From positions 1 through 57,335 of the forward strand of contig JAJRYJ010000049.1 of the NCBI GenBank assembly GCA_024275795.1: a stretch of DNA of 57,335 nucleotides, given 5' to 3'. Each line of letters starts with the position of its first letter. Positions within the stretch are counted from its first letter, which is position 1. This DNA is from Actinomycetes bacterium. GTDB lineage: Bacteria; Actinomycetota; Thermoleophilia; BMS3ABIN01. Of the stretch, positions 53,559 to 57,335 are shown one piece after another. A program made the translations under genes and the position numbers. The notes below the pieces were generated by a model that did no database searches, had not been told where the DNA came from, and saw only the letters and a list, made by a program, of their open reading frames with translations.

Positions 53559-54866
53559 CTAGCAAATCGGCCCTGTTTCAGCAACTGGTGGCGGTTCCAC
53601 CCGTTCCTCAGAGAAGGAATACGCAGCGCCCAGGGCGGCAATCGCCACATCGGCGGCGGCGCCGGAGCGGGCGTAGACCGTGGCCAGCTCCTGGCCGGCC
53701 GCGACTCCATCGCCCACCTTCGCCTGCACGACTGCGCCCACCCCATGGTCCACCGGGTCCCCCCTGCGCCTGCGGCCGGCGCCCAGGGCGAATACTGCCT
53801 GCCCCACCGTGAGCGCGTCCAGCGAGCTGACAAAACCGTCCGTGGTTGCCTTCAGGGTCCGCTCCACCGGCGCCAGCGCCAGCACTTCCGGCTCGCGCAC
53901 ACATGCCGGGTCTCCCCCCTGGGCTGCGATCCATTGTTCCATCTTCTCCAGCGCCGCGCCTGACTCCAGGCAGGCCGCGGCCTTCTGCGCCGCCTGCTCC
54001 CTGTCCAGGCCCAGACCGGCACGACTCAGCAGCTCCGCCGCCAGGGCCGTCACCAGCTCCACCAGATCGCCGGGGCCGTTGCCGCCGAGGGTCTCTATGG
54101 CCTCGCGCACCTCGACGGCATTACCCACCGCGTGACCCAGGGGCTGTTCCATGGATGTCATCAGTATGACCACCTGCATGCCGCGGGCCTCACCCAGCTG
54201 CTGCATCAGGTGGGCCACTCCGGCGGCCTGTCCGCGGTTCCTGAAGAAGGCGCCGCTGCCCACCTTGACGTCCAGCGCCACCACGTCCGCCCCGGCGGCT
54301 ACCTTCTTGCTCATGATGCTCGCCGCCGTCAACGGGTTGGAATCGACGGTGGCGGTGACGTCGCGCAAGGCATAGAGGCGGTCATCAGCCGGCACCAGTT
54401 CCGGGCTCTGTCCAGCGATGCAGAGTGCCACCTCCTGCAGCTGACTGATGAAAGCGCCGCTGTCCAGCGTCGTGCGGAAGCCGGGTATGGACTCCAGCTT
54501 GTCCACGGTGCCGCCCGTATGCCCCAGCCCCCTGCCTGACATCTTGCCGAAGACGGCGCCGCAGGAAGCCACCAGCGGCCCCAGCACCAGGGATACCTTG
54601 TCGCCGACGCCGCCGGTGCTGTGTTTGTCCACCACCGTCCTGCCCAGCGGCGACAGGTCCAGGGTCTCGCCGCTGGCGATCATGGCATCCATCAGGGAGC
54701 GCGTCTCCCCGAGGGTCAGTCCCTTCAGGAAGGCCGCCATCAGCCAGGCGGACATCTGGTATTCGGCCACCTCGCCGCCCATGTAGGCATCGAGAAAACT
54801 CCCGATCTCGTCGGACGTCAGCTCTTTGCCGTCGCGTTTCCTCTGTATCAGGTCAACGATGTCCAT
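53559..54866 (-). CDS. pdp: Pyrimidine-nucleoside (thymidine) phosphorylase
   Basis: It has DLIQRKRDG, DKHSTGGVGDK and the C-terminal alpha/beta domain. The start is set at ATG 54866. Confidence 0.9.
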   Translation of the reverse strand: MDIVDLIQRKRDGKELTSDEIGSFLDAYMGGEVAEYQMSAWLMAAFLKGLTLGETRSLMDAMIASGETLDLSPLGRTVVDKHSTGGVGDKVSLVLGPLVASCGAVFGKMSGRGLGHTGGTVDKLESIPGFRTTLDSGAFISQLQEVALCIAGQSPELVPADDRLYALRDVTATVDSNPLTAASIMSKKVAAGADVVALDVKVGSGAFFRNRGQAAGVAHLMQQLGEARGMQVVILMTSMEQPLGHAVGNAVEVREAIETLGGNGPGDLVELVTALAAELLSRAGLGLDREQAAQKAAACLESGAALEKMEQWIAAQGGDPACVREPEVLALAPVERTLKATTDGFVSSLDALTVGQAVFALGAGRRRRGDPVDHGVGAVVQAKVGDGVAAGQELATVYARSGAAADVAIAALGAAYSFSEERVEPPPVAETGPIC

Positions 54867-55100
54867 TGCCTCTCTTCCGCAGGTACAGCTGGAAATCATC
54901 CGCATCCTACCGGCCCCGGCGGTGAATCACAAATACTATAGACACGAATCAGTTATTGTGATAGCATACCATGGTACTAGCCAGCCGGGAGACGTTCCCG
55001 GCATGTGGGCCTTTCTGTTAGGGGAAGTTGGAGCAGGGCGGGCAAATGGCCGAGCCGGTCCAGGGACCTTTCCAGGGTTGCTGGGTCGGCTTAGTGCTTT

Positions 55101-56414
55101 TCAGGCCTCCGGTTCGCTGGAATAGACGAGGAACGGCTTGCCCGGCATGGCCATCGCTTCCGCCAGCTCCAGCCTGCCGCCCGTGAAGAACCGCAGCAGC
55201 GTCGCCCCCACGTCCGCCATATCCCCGATGAAGGGCTGGTCCTTGGGCTGCCTGCCGGATTGGCCGTCCTGCCCCGATTCCGGGACGGCGGCATCGAACA
55301 TGGAACCGCCGGCGGTGAACATCTCCCCTCCCATGCGCGCCAGCAACGGCACATATTCACGCGTATGGTCGGTTCCCGGGTGCAGCGGGTCGCAGCCGTG
55401 GTCGGCGGTGATCATCAACAGGTCCCCCGGCCTGCAGGCGGCAACCAGTTCCGGCACCGCCTCGTCCAGCTCCTCCAGGCCCCCGGCGAAACCCTCAGCG
55501 TCGTTGCGGTGGCCCCAGAGCATGTCGAAGTCCACCAGGTTGGCAAAGACCAGCCCCTCCTCCAGCTCGTTCATCAGCTCGATGGACAGCTCGATGCCAT
55601 GGGCGTTGCTCTCTGACTTGTGTTCGTGAGCCACCCCGGATCCGGCATATATCTGGGAGATCTTGCCGATGCCGTGCACCGGCACCTTCAGTTCAGAGAT
55701 GACGTTGAGATAGGTCCGCGGCGGCACCACGGAGAAGTCGCGGCGTGCGCGCGTGCGTGTGAAGTCGCCGGGACCGCCGACGAAGGGCCGGGCGATCACC
55801 CGCACCACCTCGTGCTCTCCACGCATGATCTCCCTGGCGGTGCGGCAGTGGTCATAGAGTTCTTCCACCGGGACCACGTCCTCGTGCGCTGCGATCTGGA
55901 AGACACTGTCGCTGGACGTGTAGACGATCAGCCTGCCGGTACGCATGTGCTCCTCGCCCAGCTCTTCGATGATCTCGGTGCCGGAGGCGGGCTTGTTGCC
56001 CAGCACCCCCCTGCCGGTGCGCTCCTCGAACTCGTCGATTATCTCCGGCGGGAAGCCATCGGGATAGACACGGAAGGGTTTTTCCGTGATCACGCCCATG
56101 AGCTCCCAATGGCCGGCGGTGGTGTCTTTGCCCAGGGAATGCTCCCGGAGCTTTCCGAAAAGCGCCTGCGGCCGCGGCGCCGGCATCACCCCCTCCAGGG
56201 GCAGGATGTTCCCCAGGCCCAGCGTCGCCAGGTTCGGCAGCCTGAGCCCGCCCACCGCTTCCGCCACGTGCATCAGCGTGTTGGCGCCGGCGTCGCCGAA
56301 CTCCTCCGCATCCGGCAACGCCCCGACGCCGGCCCCGTCCAGGGTGATCAGCAGGCAGCGCGCCTTGCGCCGCAGTTTTCGATGCCGGCCCAGGAGCCAG
56401 AGCGGGTTTATCAT
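55101..56414 (-). CDS. deoB: Phosphopentomutase
   Basis: It has [23 protein letters not shown] and [13 protein letters not shown] overlap with the xerD stop. A short insertion lies near the C-terminus. Confidence 0.9.
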   Translation of the reverse strand: MINPLWLLGRHRKLRRKARCLLITLDGAGVGALPDAEEFGDAGANTLMHVAEAVGGLRLPNLATLGLGNILPLEGVMPAPRPQALFGKLREHSLGKDTTAGHWELMGVITEKPFRVYPDGFPPEIIDEFEERTGRGVLGNKPASGTEIIEELGEEHMRTGRLIVYTSSDSVFQIAAHEDVVPVEELYDHCRTAREIMRGEHEVVRVIARPFVGGPGDFTRTRARRDFSVVPPRTYLNVISELKVPVHGIGKISQIYAGSGVAHEHKSESNAHGIELSIELMNELEEGLVFANLVDFDMLWGHRNDAEGFAGGLEELDEAVPELVAACRPGDLLMITADHGCDPLHPGTDHTREYVPLLARMGGEMFTAGGSMFDAAVPESGQDGQSGRQPKDQPFIGDMADVGATLLRFFTGGRLELAEAMAMPGKPFLVYSSEPEA

Positions 56415-57335
56415 CCGGCCTCCTTCCCCGCATGGGCCCGTTCACAGACCGCCGGTGACTGCCGCCGGGCGCGCGGGTGCGAACCGTAATATATCCGCCG
56501 CAGCCGCTGCGGGCTCATGTGCGTATAGATCTGGGTGGTGGAGACATCGGCATGGCCGAGCATCTCCTGAACGCTGCGCAGGTCGGCTCCCCCCGCCAGC
56601 AGGTGGGTCGCAAAACTATGCCTGAGCGTATGAGGCGAGACCCGATTGCTGATGCCCGCCGCTTCTGCGTAACGCCTCATCAGGCGATGCACGCTCTGCC
56701 TGCTGAGCTCGCGGCCGAAACGGTTGAGGAAGAGGTTCCCGGATTTTATCTCCTTGCCCAGGAAGGGACGGCCGCGCCTGATATAACGCTCCACAGACTC
56801 CACCGCCGGGTCCCCCAGGGGAATCACCCGCTCCTTCGAACCCTTTCCCAGGCAACGCACAAACCCGCCTTAGCTGTCGACGTCGCCCAGCTTGAGGCTG
56901 GTGAGCTCGGAGACGCGTAATCCGGCGCCGTAGAGCAGTTCCAGCATGGCGGCGTCGCGCAGACGCGCGGGGCTGTTGCCGGAAGCCTGACCCAGCAGCA
57001 GCCGCACCTCCGCCTGGTTGAGCACCGCCGGCAGCGGCCGGCCCCGGCGGGGCGCCGGCATGTCCCCCGTGGGATCGCCCGCCGCCAGCCCCTCGCGGCA
57101 GAGGAAGCGGTAGAAGTTCCTGAGGACGCTCAGCTTGCGCCCGACCGTGGTTGCCTTCGGACGTCTGCCGTCGACGCCCTCAAGGGAGGAGACTAAGTCC
57201 CTGACATCGCCCACAGAGGCCGACAGGGCGTCAAGGCTGCGCCCGTCCAGGAAGGCGGCGTACTGCTCAAGGTCGCGCCTGTATGATGAAATGGTGTTCT
57301 CCGCCAGGCCCCTCTCGAACCGGAGGTAGGCGAGG
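56411..57335 (-). pseudogene. xerD: Tyrosine recombinase XerD/XerC interrupted by an in-frame TAA (56870-56872). The 5' end lies outside the window.
   Basis: A single frame reads LAYLRFERGLAENTISSYRRDL ... AGLRVSELTSLKLGDVDS[23 protein letters not shown] ... [12 protein letters not shown] ... IYTH. The catalytic R lies before the stop, and K/H/R/H/Y lie after it. Confidence 0.8.

Noticed and set aside
56870-56872. Programmed recoding (selenocysteine or pyrrolysine) at the xerD internal stop
   Set aside because: The codon is TAA, not TGA or TAG. No SECIS- or PYLIS-like context is present. Xer recombinases have no known recoded residue at this position.

Overview
High-GC (about 60-65% by eye) bacterial chromosomal segment, densely coded and mostly housekeeping. 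The gene order resembles Bacillota-type synteny: recO / glyQ-glyS-ppdK-dgt-dnaG-rpoD, alaS-ruvX-mltG, xerD-deoB-pdp, and hisS-aspS.

Contents:
- Translation and replication genes: gltX, glyQS, alaS, aspS, hisS, mnmA, dnaG, rpoD, recO, ruvX.
- A TPP-riboswitch-controlled thiamine operon: thi4, an unknown gene, thiE, thiC, thiL, thiD.
- Two cell-wall hydrolases, pilT, and an ABC-2 exporter pair.
- Nucleoside salvage genes (pdp, deoB).
- Four dispersed single tRNA genes (Pro-CGG, Gln-CUG, Glu-CUC, Asn-GUU), all with encoded CCA.
- Two c-di-GMP-linked signalling modules: a hybrid HK with REC-HD-GYP, and a four-gene HK / REC / hybrid HK / REC-PAS-GAF-GGDEF relay downstream of an ECF sigma/anti-sigma pair.

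I found no CRISPR array, transposase, phage gene or recognisable defence system.

The signals not explained by ordinary annotation are:
1. A family of about 110-125 bp palindromic REPIN/MITE-like elements with 27-bp conserved arms at three gene 3' ends. One abuts the tRNA-Pro CCA end, and one supplies the C-terminal tail and stop codon of gltX.
2. An uncharacterised archaemetzincin-like gene, lacking HExxH, embedded in the riboswitch-controlled thi operon.
3. A six-Cys CW-motif module present both inside the large hybrid kinase and as a stand-alone 88-aa protein 1.3 kb away.
4. A degenerate IscU/SufU-like domain fused to MnmA.
5. A patchy low-GC stretch that begins inside a histidine kinase gene.
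6. An in-frame TAA in xerD.
7. A perfect 19-bp tandem duplication of the aspS ribosome-binding region.

All functional calls come from motif recognition by eye. None has been checked against a database.
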